NCBI GenBank assembly: GCA_050124795.1 | Contig: JASFEO010000004.1 | Coordinates: 1,968 to 65,967 of the forward strand | Length of the DNA: 64,000 nt | From: Candidatus Pacearchaeota archaeon | GTDB taxonomy: Archaea > Nanobdellota > Nanobdellia > Pacearchaeales > GW2011-AR1 | Direction: 5' to 3' | Shown: positions 1-9,027 of the stretch, piece after piece | How positions within the stretch are numbered: position 1 is the first letter of the stretch | How the letters are laid out: every line of letters begins with the position of its first letter | Program-made: the position numbers and the translations under genes | The notes under the pieces: model-generated | What the model was told of the DNA's origin: nothing | Databases searched by the model: none | What the model saw: the letters and a program-made list of their open reading frames with translations, nothing else

Positions 1-2
1 AA

Positions 3-845
3 TATGCAAAAACAAGATTACTTGACCCGGCGGTTTCAACTTTCCCAAGAGTGGAGTCTGTTATTACTGAATCAACTTATGGCTCAAAAAATGATGTCCT
101 GCCCCCAAGAAAAGTTACAGAAGAAAGATTCTTTGAATTAGTTAAAGAGACAATTAAAAAAGGCGGGAAAGTTCTCATCCCAGAATTAGGACTTGGTCAT
201 GCACAGGAAGCCTTGCTCAGAGTTGAAGAAGCAGTAAGAAAAGGAATTCTGCCAAAAGTTCCAATGTATATCGACGGCATGATTTGGGACATTAATGCAA
301 TTCACACAGCTTATCCTGATTTTTTGAGCAACAGAATAAAGTCAGAAATTTTCCAGGACAAAAACCCTTTTGTGTCAGAAATTTTCTCAAGAGTTGGTTC
401 AGCACAGGAAAGAAAAAAAGTAATTGAAGGCGGACCCTGCATTGTTATTGCAACATCAGGAATGCTCGTCGGAGGAGCCTCAGTTGAGTACCTGAAAAAC
501 TTTGCAGAAAACCCCGACAACCTAATGATTCTTAGTTGTTATCAGGGACCGGGTTCAATTGGCCGGCAGATTCAGGACGGAGAAAAAACAATAACTATTG
601 AAGATGAAGGTCAAAAAAGAGCTTTGAATATAAATTTAAAAGTTGAATTATTGCATGGTTTGTCGCCTCATGCCGGACGCGGAGAACTTGTTTCATATTT
701 TAATAACATACGACCAAAACCAAAAAGAATAATCATTAATCATGGAGAAGTTTCAAAATCTCTCGACTTAGCTTCAGCACTTTACAAACTTAACAGGGTT
801 GAGACAAATGTTCCAAGAACTCTTGAAACTTTGAGATTGAAATAA
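3..845 (+). CDS. beta-CASP metallo-beta-lactamase RNase, archaeal CPSF1-like; C-terminal part only, the 5' end runs off the window
   Basis: Frame 3 is open from nt 3. ESTYG, GKVLIPELGLGHAQE, IATSGMLVGG and GLSPHAGRGEL...INHGE fit the beta-CASP motif order. Confidence 0.75.
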   Translation, partial: YAKTRLLDPAVSTFPRVESVITESTYGSKNDVLPPRKVTEERFFELVKETIKKGGKVLIPELGLGHAQEALLRVEEAVRKGILPKVPMYIDGMIWDINAIHTAYPDFLSNRIKSEIFQDKNPFVSEIFSRVGSAQERKKVIEGGPCIVIATSGMLVGGASVEYLKNFAENPDNLMILSCYQGPGSIGRQIQDGEKTITIEDEGQKRALNINLKVELLHGLSPHAGRGELVSYFNNIRPKPKRIIINHGEVSKSLDLASALYKLNRVETNVPRTLETLRLK

Positions 846-900
846 TTAAAAATTTAAAAACCCAACTTACCTATTTATTTAACGAGGTGAAAAAAATAAA

Positions 901-1848
901 GTGAAACACAACCTAAAAATAACAATTATCCTTTTTAGTATGTTTATCCTAACGCAGTTTATAGGACTTTATGTAGTTGACCATTATTCCGGAACTAAGG
1001 TTGTTGACGGACAAATCACAGACGTGAATAATCCTGACCTGCCCTTTGGATTAAAGTCCCCTGAAATAAAACAGCAAACTGATTATCGTGATTTTTTCTA
1101 TGGAATAGTTTTTGCATTTGTAATTGCAATATCAATTTTATTTCTCTTAACAAAATTCAATGCAGAATTTATTTTAAAACTCTGGTTTTTTGTCGTCGTT
1201 ATAATCGCCCTTGGGATTTCACTTGTTGCAATTTTGCCCCCGATTCAATATGCTTCAATCATGGCAATAATCATTGCATTACCTTTGGCATTTGTAAAAA
1301 TATACAAAAGAGAATTCTTAATCCACAACCTAACTGAACTTTTTATTTACCCCGGAATCGCAGCAGTCTTTGTTCCAATCCTGAATATTTACACAATTGT
1401 AATTTTATTAATTTTAATTTCAGCTTACGACATGTGGGCAGTCTGGCATTCAGGCATCATGCAAAAAATGGCAAAATACCAAATCAATAAATTAAATATC
1501 TTCGGAGGATTTTTCATTCCATATGCAGACAAGAAAACAAAAGAAAAAATAAAAATCTTAAAACAAAAAAACAAAGACAAAAAGAAACTTGAAGCAGAAT
1601 TCAAAAAAAAGAAATTTAAAATTAATGTTGCAATTCTCGGCGGAGGAGATGTCATCTTCCCAATAATTGCTTCAGGAGTAGTCATGAAAACTCTTGGTTT
1701 CTTGCCAGCAATTTTTGTAATCTTTGGCGCAACACTCGGAGTCGGCTACTTATTTTTATTTTCCCAAAAAAAGAAATTCTATCCCGCAATGCCATTTATT
1801 TCAGCAGGAATTTTTATTGCTATGATTCTGAGTTATCTGATTTTTTAG
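901..1848 (+). CDS. presenilin / signal-peptide-peptidase-like intramembrane aspartyl protease (A22 family)
   Basis: Polytopic membrane protein with YD (SAYDMWAV), GxGD (LGGGDVIFP) and PAL-like (YPAMPF) motifs in the canonical order. GAGGTGA lies 10 nt upstream of the GTG start. Confidence 0.7.
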   Translation: MKHNLKITIILFSMFILTQFIGLYVVDHYSGTKVVDGQITDVNNPDLPFGLKSPEIKQQTDYRDFFYGIVFAFVIAISILFLLTKFNAEFILKLWFFVVVIIALGISLVAILPPIQYASIMAIIIALPLAFVKIYKREFLIHNLTELFIYPGIAAVFVPILNIYTIVILLILISAYDMWAVWHSGIMQKMAKYQINKLNIFGGFFIPYADKKTKEKIKILKQKNKDKKKLEAEFKKKKFKINVAILGGGDVIFPIIASGVVMKTLGFLPAIFVIFGATLGVGYLFLFSQKKKFYPAMPFISAGIFIAMILSYLIF

Positions 1849-2204
1849 AATTTATCCTTAGCTTCTTTATACAAATTAATTCCTTCATTGGTTAATTCCA
1901 AGAAACATTTTCTCATGTCTTCAAAATATCCCAGCTTATTAACTAATTTCTTTCTTACTAGATTCGGAATTGTAGACCCTGCAGAATCTAAACCAATTTC
2001 TTTTGGAACAACCATTGCCCCTCTTTTTTCATTATATTCTGTAGTCAAACCTTCTAAATCAGGGTGTCTTTTCAAAGGAATCCCAAATCCATTATCCCCC
2101 ATATAAATTAATGCCTTTAACTCAGTAGTCTTTAATGTTAATTGCTTAGCTACACTTTTAACCATTCTTTCTAATCTAAAATATTCTTCAAAGTTAATTC
2201 CCAT
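1845..2204 (-). CDS. small winged-helix (MarR/PadR-like) protein, tentative
   Basis: 119-aa ORF. The C-terminal LVNKLGYFEDMRKCFLELTNEG resembles a wHTH wing (DRR..v.LT.kG). It overlaps the upstream gene end by 4 nt. Confidence 0.4.
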   Translation of the reverse strand: MGINFEEYFRLERMVKSVAKQLTLKTTELKALIYMGDNGFGIPLKRHPDLEGLTTEYNEKRGAMVVPKEIGLDSAGSTIPNLVRKKLVNKLGYFEDMRKCFLELTNEGINLYKEAKDKF

Positions 2205-2300
2205 AAATTCTTCAACAAATATTTCATTTAAATAATTTACGATTATGTCCTCACTTCATAAAAGTAACAAACCATAAAGTTTATAAACCCTTTTCAAGTA

Positions 2301-2603
2301 GTGAATTTTATGACAATAAAAAATTTATTCAGAAAAAAAATTACTGGAAAAGCTCTTGAAGGCTTGACAAAACTCTTTGATTTTGACTGGGGGAATCCCC
2401 CCGCAGACTGGAGTCGTTTTAATCATTATGCAAAACTAGAAGTAACCCCAAAAGAAGATGGAATCCTATTAACTGCATATTTTGAAAGTAAATTGTTTCA
2501 TAGGGAATACAATGCATTTGGTAAAGGGTATGAAGATATTGAAAGGAATACTTCCCCTTCTATACGCTCAATTAAAATACCTTATGATCAAATAAAACAA
2601 TAA
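2301..2603 (+). CDS. hypothetical protein
   Basis: 100-aa ORF directly abutting the trmB-like gene. No recognisable motif. The start is uncertain (GTG 2301 or ATG 2310). Confidence 0.45.
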   Translation: MNFMTIKNLFRKKITGKALEGLTKLFDFDWGNPPADWSRFNHYAKLEVTPKEDGILLTAYFESKLFHREYNAFGKGYEDIERNTSPSIRSIKIPYDQIKQ

Positions 2604-2604
2604 A

Positions 2605-3390
2605 ATGTTAGTTAAACAAGAACTAATAAGTAAGATTAAAGATTTTTTTAGTCTGAATATTTATGAAACAAAAGTTTGGTTAGCTTTGCTTGGAAAAGGA
2701 ATTGCTTCAGCAGGGGAGATTGCAGAAATTTCAGGTGTTCCGCGTTCGCGAACTTATGATGTTCTCGAAGGACTTGATAAAAAAGGATTTGCAATTGTTA
2801 AAATTGGTAAACCTGTTAAGTACATCGGAGTAAAGCCAAAAATAATTTTAGAAAAATTAAAAAACGATGTGAAAAAAGATGCAGAAGACAGAATAAAAAG
2901 TTTAGGAAATATAAAATCAACAAATGAATATGAAGAACTTGAAAACTTATACACAAGCGGAATTGATCCTGTAAAAAGAGAGGATGTCTCAGCCTCGCTA
3001 AAAGGAAAAACAAACATCTCAAATTACTTAAGAGAAATTTTGCATGAAGCAAAAAAAGAAGTTATTATTTGCACAAATGCAGAGGAACTTTCTTCAAAAT
3101 TAAAAATCTTCAAGCAGACATTCAATATATTAAAACAGGAAAACATAAAAATAAAAGTCGCGCTTTCAGGAGATGCAGAACTAATAAAAAAATTATCAAA
3201 AGACTTAGATGTAAAAATCAAAAAAGTTGACATTGATTCAAAGTTCTTTATAATTGACAAAAAAGAAATTTTATTTTACTTGTCAAAAGATTCAAATGGA
3301 GAAGAAATCGCAATCTGGCTAAATAGCGAATTTTTCACAGCTTCATTCACAGCTCTTTTTGAACAGGCTACAAATGGAGGGAAGAAGTAA
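2605..3390 (+). CDS. TrmB-family transcriptional regulator
   Basis: N-terminal wHTH (YETKVWLALLGKGIASAGEIAEISGVPRSRTYDVLEGLDKKGF) plus a C-terminal TrmB-type domain. Confidence 0.8.
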   Translation: MLVKQELISKIKDFFSLNIYETKVWLALLGKGIASAGEIAEISGVPRSRTYDVLEGLDKKGFAIVKIGKPVKYIGVKPKIILEKLKNDVKKDAEDRIKSLGNIKSTNEYEELENLYTSGIDPVKREDVSASLKGKTNISNYLREILHEAKKEVIICTNAEELSSKLKIFKQTFNILKQENIKIKVALSGDAELIKKLSKDLDVKIKKVDIDSKFFIIDKKEILFYLSKDSNGEEIAIWLNSEFFTASFTALFEQATNGGKK

Positions 3391-3391
3391 G

Positions 3392-4153
3392 ATGAAAACA
3401 ATAACAAAATACATTTTAGGCGCAACAGCAGGATTAGGATTATTAGCAAACTCTGCATTTGCAGATAAAATTTGTGTTGCAGGAAATTTCGACGGAGACA
3501 AAGTAAAGGCAGGGATGATTTCAGATTTTTGCAAAGAACAAAATTCAGATGCAATTCTTTTAATGGGAGATTATAGTGTTAGAGGCTTGCCTGGAGAAAC
3601 AAATTACAGAACAGATTTTGTTTCAACAAAAAGAGTATTGGATAAATTTGCAGATTCAAAAACTCCTGTGTTTGTTTTATCCGGAGGAAATGATAGTTTA
3701 AGAGATGTCAGGCAAATTTCAGAAAGTTATGAAAACATGCATGCATTAGAAGACAATGTTAAAACAAAAATTGCAGACTTAGATGTAATCCCATTAAATG
3801 GTTATAATAACAAAAGATTCATGTTTGAAGGAGCAAAATTTGTAAGTGAAAAAGATTTAGATAATTATTTGCAAAAACTCTCTGAAAATCCTGATGCAGT
3901 TTCTGTTTCACATATTGCCCCTTATGGCGATGTTGATGTTGTTCCAAATATAGGAAGTGCCGGGGAAAGAAAACTGGAAAAAGTTTTGCAGAAAAATAAT
4001 ATTGATTCAATAAGTAATGCAATTAGAGAAAGCCCAAGCAAAAAGAAAATTCATAATAGATGGAAAATAAATCCAAGTGTATTCCCAGTTATAATTAACA
4101 CAAATGGAAAAGGAAAGATAAAAAAAGTTGATTTTTATAGAGTTAGAAAATGA
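3392..4153 (+). CDS. secreted calcineurin-like metallophosphoesterase, divergent
   Basis: The start was moved to ATG 3392, which has GGAGG upstream. Signal peptide MKTITKYILGATAGLGLLANSAFA. LLMGDYSVRG, SGGND and SHIAPYG resemble MPE motifs. Confidence 0.45.
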   Translation: MKTITKYILGATAGLGLLANSAFADKICVAGNFDGDKVKAGMISDFCKEQNSDAILLMGDYSVRGLPGETNYRTDFVSTKRVLDKFADSKTPVFVLSGGNDSLRDVRQISESYENMHALEDNVKTKIADLDVIPLNGYNNKRFMFEGAKFVSEKDLDNYLQKLSENPDAVSVSHIAPYGDVDVVPNIGSAGERKLEKVLQKNNIDSISNAIRESPSKKKIHNRWKINPSVFPVIINTNGKGKIKKVDFYRVRK

Positions 4154-4679
4154 AAATCCTAACACTTGGAGTTTGGAAACCTGAAAAATCAAAAGAGTAT
4201 AAGCCTCAGATTAAAAAAACTTGGAAAAATTCTTGCAAAAAGAAATCATACGCTTATTGCATCCCCTAGTTCAGGAGTTCAGGGTTTAGTTGCAAAATAT
4301 TATAAGGAATTTGGAGGAAGAGAATTTATTGGTTATTATCCTGATTTAGAAGAAATGAAAAGAGTCGGAGAAGAAGTTTTAATTAAACCAGATGTTTCTA
4401 TAATGACTAATTGCAAGTTACTTTACAATAAATGTAATGCAAATAGAAGAATGTACAGAAGGAATAATTGCAATAACAGGCGGAGGCGGAACATTTGCTG
4501 AAATTGAACAAGGAATAGGAGATTTAGAATTGCCTTTTTCATATTATTCAGGAAGTAGTAAGAAACTTGACTTGGGATTACCAATCTTTGGCTATGAAAA
4601 TGGTTCTCACAATGGACGAGTTTTATGGTCACAAAATATTTTGGAAATGGTAAAACATTTGGAGAAGTTTAGAAGATGA
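4150..4679 (+). pseudogene. TIGR00725/LOG-like Rossmann-fold protein interrupted by two frameshifts
   Basis: Three consecutive frames read as one family-typical protein: MKILTLGVW..KPQIKK / LGKILAKRNHTLIASPSSGVQGL..GGREFIGYYP / ..EGIIAITGGGGTFAEIE (GGxGT.E motif). The first shift is at the A7 run 4213-4219. Confidence 0.6.
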
Positions 4680-4927
4680 AAACAAATTACTATTTTAAAC
4701 ACTTCATAAAAAATTTCTTAATTGGAGCAATTGTTGGAGGTTTGAATAATGGAGACTACAATAATGCCAGTATTACTTTAGCTTCACTCACAGCAGGATT
4801 AGGCGCACTCCCTTTACGGGATAAATATGTTTGTAAAGACTCCTGGAAAGAGGTTTATGAAAAAGTTCCAGCACAAACAGCAGGACTTTATGCAGGATTA
4901 AGCTTAGTAAAAATTTTAACTAGCTAA
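4676..4927 (+). CDS. small hydrophobic hypothetical protein
   Basis: 83-aa ORF whose start overlaps the preceding stop by 4 nt (ATGA). Gly/Ala-rich hydrophobic stretches. Confidence 0.45.
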   Translation: MKTNYYFKHFIKNFLIGAIVGGLNNGDYNNASITLASLTAGLGALPLRDKYVCKDSWKEVYEKVPAQTAGLYAGLSLVKILTS

Positions 4928-4946
4928 AATTATCTCTCAAAATTTT

Positions 4947-6203
4947 TTATTCAAGTAACCATCTCCAAACAGGCTTTACAATTATTTTCTTTTTATTAAT
5001 TATAATTTCTTCGTCGTCATCCATTGTTAAAACCAATCCTGTTTTTAGTTTGAATTTTTCCATTGCTTCAGCAAGTCCGTTAATCTCCCTGTCCCTATTT
5101 TTATTTGTTAATTCAAAACAAACCTGAATTGCGTCAGTTACTTTGTTTAACTTCTTTGCAATAAAATCACATTCCCCTTTCCCTGAATAATAAGAAACAT
5201 TGTTTTTCCTTCTTAATAATTCTACAAAAACAATGTTCTCAAGAATCCATCCTTTGTTTGGAGAAAACATTGTTCCAAAAACTTTTTGAAAAGAATGGTC
5301 AATAAGATAAACTTTTTTTGGGGAATTCAATTGCTCTTTTAATGAATAACTAAATCTGAGAACTTCAAAAAACAAGTAGCTATTTTTTAAATATCCAATG
5401 TATTCTTTTATTGTTATTGCATTTGAGAGTTTCAGGGATTTTCTTAAAGAATTGTATGTAAAAGTGTTGGACATGTTGGATGTCAAAAGCACCACGAGTT
5501 CCTTTAGAACAACTTCTTTTCTTATGTCATATCTTGCAACTATATCTCTGTAAATTATATTGTCATAGACATTTTTTAAATAGTCAACATCTCCTAAATT
5601 AAGATACTCTGGCATTCCTCCTTTGCCCATATAATCGCTAAACATTTTTTTTATCATGGCTTTTTTCTTTGTTATAAAAAAATCTTCTTTTGAATAAACA
5701 AAATTATTATATAAAAGAAATTCCTTAAAAGAAAAAGGATGGACTTCAAAGGATTTATTTCTTCCTGTTAATTTTGTTGCAAATTCTTTTGAGAGCAAAC
5801 TCGCATTTGAACCTGTTATAATTATCTTTTTCCCGTCGTCCTGAAGCCTCCTTACAAAAGATTCAAAATTTTTTACTTCCTGTATTTCATCAAAAAAGTA
5901 AAATTTATTTTCTCCATAAACGTCTGTTAAAACTTCATTTAGATCTTCAAAATCTTTTGCTTCAAAATCCAAAAGACCTTCATCTTCAAAATTCAGATAA
6001 GTAAAACCTTTGCAGGACTTAATTAAATGCGAGAGAATTGTTGACTTCCCACTTCTTCTTATCCCGGTCAATATAAGTATTCGATTATCTTTAAAAAAAC
6101 TCAAAACTTCTTTTTCTATAGTTCTCTCTGTTGTTTCCTTTTTTGCAAGCATCCTGTTTTTTTGGTTTAGAACTATCCTCCTTAATTTTTCCTTTGAAAT
6201 CAT
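4947..6203 (-). CDS. AAA-superfamily ATPase with DUF4143-type C-terminal domain (COG1373-like)
   Basis: Walker A GIRRSGKST and Walker B FFDEIQ. The length and C-terminal layout are typical of this archaeal ATPase family. Confidence 0.7.
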   Translation of the reverse strand: MISKEKLRRIVLNQKNRMLAKKETTERTIEKEVLSFFKDNRILILTGIRRSGKSTILSHLIKSCKGFTYLNFEDEGLLDFEAKDFEDLNEVLTDVYGENKFYFFDEIQEVKNFESFVRRLQDDGKKIIITGSNASLLSKEFATKLTGRNKSFEVHPFSFKEFLLYNNFVYSKEDFFITKKKAMIKKMFSDYMGKGGMPEYLNLGDVDYLKNVYDNIIYRDIVARYDIRKEVVLKELVVLLTSNMSNTFTYNSLRKSLKLSNAITIKEYIGYLKNSYLFFEVLRFSYSLKEQLNSPKKVYLIDHSFQKVFGTMFSPNKGWILENIVFVELLRRKNNVSYYSGKGECDFIAKKLNKVTDAIQVCFELTNKNRDREINGLAEAMEKFKLKTGLVLTMDDDEEIIINKKKIIVKPVWRWLLE

Positions 6204-6302
6204 GCTAAGAAAAAGATATTCTGAGTATTTAAATCTTACTAATTACTAATTATCACTTTTATACTTTTTTGCTAATTATTAATTAGTAAATAATCAGACC
6301 TT

Positions 6303-6349
6303 TCCATTCTAAATGGAAATTATTTAATAAAAACTCCATTAGCAATGGA
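6303..6349. promoter_or_regulatory. two copies of the palindrome TCCATT-N3-AATGGA, 32 nt apart
   Basis: 6303-6317 (TCCATTCTAAATGGA) and 6335-6349 (TCCATTAGCAATGGA). They are nested in an 11-bp outer inverted repeat, 6298-6308/6344-6354. Confidence 0.5.
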
Positions 6350-6360
6350 AAGGTTAAACT

Positions 6361-7638
6361 CTACAAAATCCTCAACCCACTAATACACATCTCCTTAACC
6401 TTCTTCAAATTCTTCTTTTTCCACTTATTCATAAACTCATTTATTCCAAAATTAATTTTCTCTTGTGCATAAATCCTTTTCCCTTTTACAAAAGTTTTTC
6501 CTTTGTGTTCTTTTTTAAATTTCAAAATATTTTTCTCATCACCTAAAAACGGACCAGAAAAAATAATTTCCTTTTTTCTCTTCACAACAAAAAAATAATT
6601 TGCAGTCTTGCCTTCACAATAAATAAATCCATTTTTCTTAATAACAAAATATTTTTTCATTTCCTCACTTAAATGATTATAAAATTTTTTTAACTTGCTT
6701 CCTGCAACATCACCTTTTTGTTTATTTGTCTTTGCCTCAATTAAAATAAATTCATTTTTATTTTTTATAGCATTTTTTTTGATTTTTTCTAAATCAGTTT
6801 TCTTTTTTTCAAAAGAATTTAGAGAAGGACTTTTCAGAAATTTATTAGCTCCTTTTTGAAACTTTAAAAAAGTTTCATTTGATAAAGCTGCCAAAGCATT
6901 TCTCTGTTTACAAGTCGGATCAACCAAAATAATTGGCGACGATAACTTAGAAGAATTCATATCCATTAAAACAAAACTTTTATTTTTGTAAAGTTTCTCA
7001 ATATCAATAATCTTTTTTTCATTCTTAACTTTTAAAATCTCTCTTAAAAATTTTAAAAAACTTCCATAATAAATAATTAATAACTCAAGTGCATAACCTG
7101 AGAAACCATTTATGTAACTTTCAGCTCCATAACAATTTTTCGCATGACAAAACGCCTTTGCTAATTTTATTTCATTTAAAATTTTTTCATTTGCTTTTTT
7201 ATTAACATAACGAACATGCGAATAGGACAAATCAGTAATATTTTCAGCCCCCTTAGAATTTTTTATTTTTAAAACAGGAATAATTTCAAAAAACAAATCA
7301 TTATTTTTTTTAATTCTAAAATAATCACGTGAACCATGAACTCTCTTTACATTCTTAATTCCATTTAAAACTTTTTTTGTTAAAACTGAAAAATTCTCTT
7401 TATGCTTTTTATTAAACCTTAAAAAAATATCAATATCATATTTGTTTTTTTTAATTATAGTTTTTTTAGCAAAACTCCCCCCAACAAAAACTTCAGCATC
7501 AATATTTAATTTCTTTAATCTCTTTTTAACAAACTCAAGAAATTCATCTAAAGAATTTTTTATTTCTTTTAACTCACTTGCCGAAGGATTTATTTTTTCC
7601 AAAACTTCATCTAAAATCAATTTTGTTTTTTTATTCAT
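6361..7638 (-). CDS. cca: archaeal class-I CCA-adding tRNA nucleotidyltransferase
   Basis: VFVGGSFAKKT..DIDIFLRF nucleotidyltransferase core. ESYINGFSGYALELLIIYYGSF matches the archaeal CCA enzyme signature. Confidence 0.85.
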   Translation of the reverse strand: MNKKTKLILDEVLEKINPSASELKEIKNSLDEFLEFVKKRLKKLNIDAEVFVGGSFAKKTIIKKNKYDIDIFLRFNKKHKENFSVLTKKVLNGIKNVKRVHGSRDYFRIKKNNDLFFEIIPVLKIKNSKGAENITDLSYSHVRYVNKKANEKILNEIKLAKAFCHAKNCYGAESYINGFSGYALELLIIYYGSFLKFLREILKVKNEKKIIDIEKLYKNKSFVLMDMNSSKLSSPIILVDPTCKQRNALAALSNETFLKFQKGANKFLKSPSLNSFEKKKTDLEKIKKNAIKNKNEFILIEAKTNKQKGDVAGSKLKKFYNHLSEEMKKYFVIKKNGFIYCEGKTANYFFVVKRKKEIIFSGPFLGDEKNILKFKKEHKGKTFVKGKRIYAQEKINFGINEFMNKWKKKNLKKVKEMCISGLRIL

Positions 7639-7676
7639 GAATAGTAAAACACAATAATGTTTATAAGATTATTGTG

Positions 7677-7952
7677 ATGTGTAATTTAGTGGAAATAGAA
7701 GAGATGCTAAATAAAACAAAAGGGAATTATTTAATTGACCTAATTTTAATCATGCCTAAAGATAGTTCATATGAAAAATTAAAAGATTTATTAGGAGAAA
7801 AATATAAATTTTGCATGTTTGATTATTTTGAAAAAACCTATCCAAATATTTTCATAAGAGGTCCCCGAAAAAACTTAAAAGAACTTTCCATTGAAGCAAA
7901 AACAAAAGGATATAAAATAGAATTCATTAAAAATCAATCACCTTACAATTAA
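7677..7952 (+). CDS. hypothetical protein
   Basis: 91-aa ORF from ATG 7677 (the track starts 3 nt earlier, at GTG 7674). It is the only plus-strand gene inside the minus-strand block. No motif recognised. Confidence 0.4.
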   Translation: MCNLVEIEEMLNKTKGNYLIDLILIMPKDSSYEKLKDLLGEKYKFCMFDYFEKTYPNIFIRGPRKNLKELSIEAKTKGYKIEFIKNQSPYN

Positions 7953-8360
7953 TCACTCTTCAGGATTTATAATTTCTGTTGCATCCTTCATGTTTCTCTT
8001 CAAGGTTGAAGCCAAATCAATAATATATTTCCCCTCATCTAATTTGTAAATTAAAGGTCGCTTTTTATTAAACAAATTCACAATATCAATTTCAAACTTA
8101 CCAGAACCAACTGCCCGAACAGACTCTAAATCCAAAATAACCGGACTATCCTCATCAGTAATCCCTGCCATCTCCCTAACATCTTTTTCAATTTTCTTTT
8201 TCTCAGGTTCAGGAATAACAATTGGATTTTCCTTTATTTTCTCAAGCCGCTCTTCACGAACATAAAAAAAGAAATGCCCCTTGCAATCATTGCACCCTTC
8301 CAAAAGCTCACGACTTCCAGTAGGAATAATTCTTGAACAACGAACGCATTGGTGTGGCAT
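7953..8360 (-). CDS. archaeal Zn-ribbon protein (COG3364 / OapC-like)
   Basis: N-terminal CxxC...CxxC (CVRCSRIIP...GCNDCKGHFFFY) followed by a conserved C-terminal domain. An OapA/OapB-like pair lies nearby. Confidence 0.55.
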   Translation of the reverse strand: MPHQCVRCSRIIPTGSRELLEGCNDCKGHFFFYVREERLEKIKENPIVIPEPEKKKIEKDVREMAGITDEDSPVILDLESVRAVGSGKFEIDIVNLFNKKRPLIYKLDEGKYIIDLASTLKRNMKDATEIINPEE

Positions 8361-8361
8361 T

Positions 8362-8691
8362 TTATATTTTCAACCTCTTAACAACTTTTTTTAATAAAGG
8401 GATTTCACTTTTTATAATATCCCATAATAATTCAGAGCTAATTTTAAAATAAGCGTGACTAATCACATTTCTTAACCCCTCCAAATAACTCCAGTTAACC
8501 TCTTTTATTGGTCTTTTAATTTTATCAGGGATTTTCTTGCAGGACTCTCCAATAATCTGAATTCTCATAGCAGTTGCATCAATTAAATTTTTATCCTTAA
8601 CAAAAGAATTAAAATTTTTCTTTTTTGTTGTTTCTTCTATAAGTTTAATTGCCTTAAGAATATCCTTGACATAAAGATTATATTTTAACAT
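8362..8691 (-). CDS. hepT: HepT-type HEPN toxin (DUF86)
   Basis: Rx4H HEPN motif (RNVISHAYF), about 110 aa, overlapping the upstream MNT gene by 14 nt. Confidence 0.8.
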   Translation of the reverse strand: MLKYNLYVKDILKAIKLIEETTKKKNFNSFVKDKNLIDATAMRIQIIGESCKKIPDKIKRPIKEVNWSYLEGLRNVISHAYFKISSELLWDIIKSEIPLLKKVVKRLKI

Positions 8692-8977
8692 ATTCTGCCT
8701 CTCTCTTTACATACTTTAATTCAGGTTTTAAATCCTTTTCAATTACTAAATCCACATTTTTTCTAAAAGCCTTTTCCAAAAACTCTAACAACGCCATGTA
8801 ATTTCTAAATCTTATCTCACTAAAATCAACCAAGAAATCAATATCACTTTTCCCTGTCTGCTTATTTTGTAAATATGATCCAAAAAGCCCAATCTTTCGA
8901 ACTCCATATTCACGGATTTTATTTTTATTCTCTTTAATTGTTTCAATTATTTTTTTTGAAGTTAATTTCCTCGCCAT
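8678..8977 (-). CDS. mntA: MntA-type minimal nucleotidyltransferase antitoxin
   Basis: GLFGSYLQ...SDIDFLVDF (GS...DxD) minimal NTase motif, 99 aa, immediately upstream of hepT. Confidence 0.8.
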   Translation of the reverse strand: MARKLTSKKIIETIKENKNKIREYGVRKIGLFGSYLQNKQTGKSDIDFLVDFSEIRFRNYMALLEFLEKAFRKNVDLVIEKDLKPELKYVKREAEYVKI

Positions 8978-9027
8978 AACTAAAATTAATCAAGACAAGT
9001 TTTTAATTGTTTTTATTTACTATAAAA

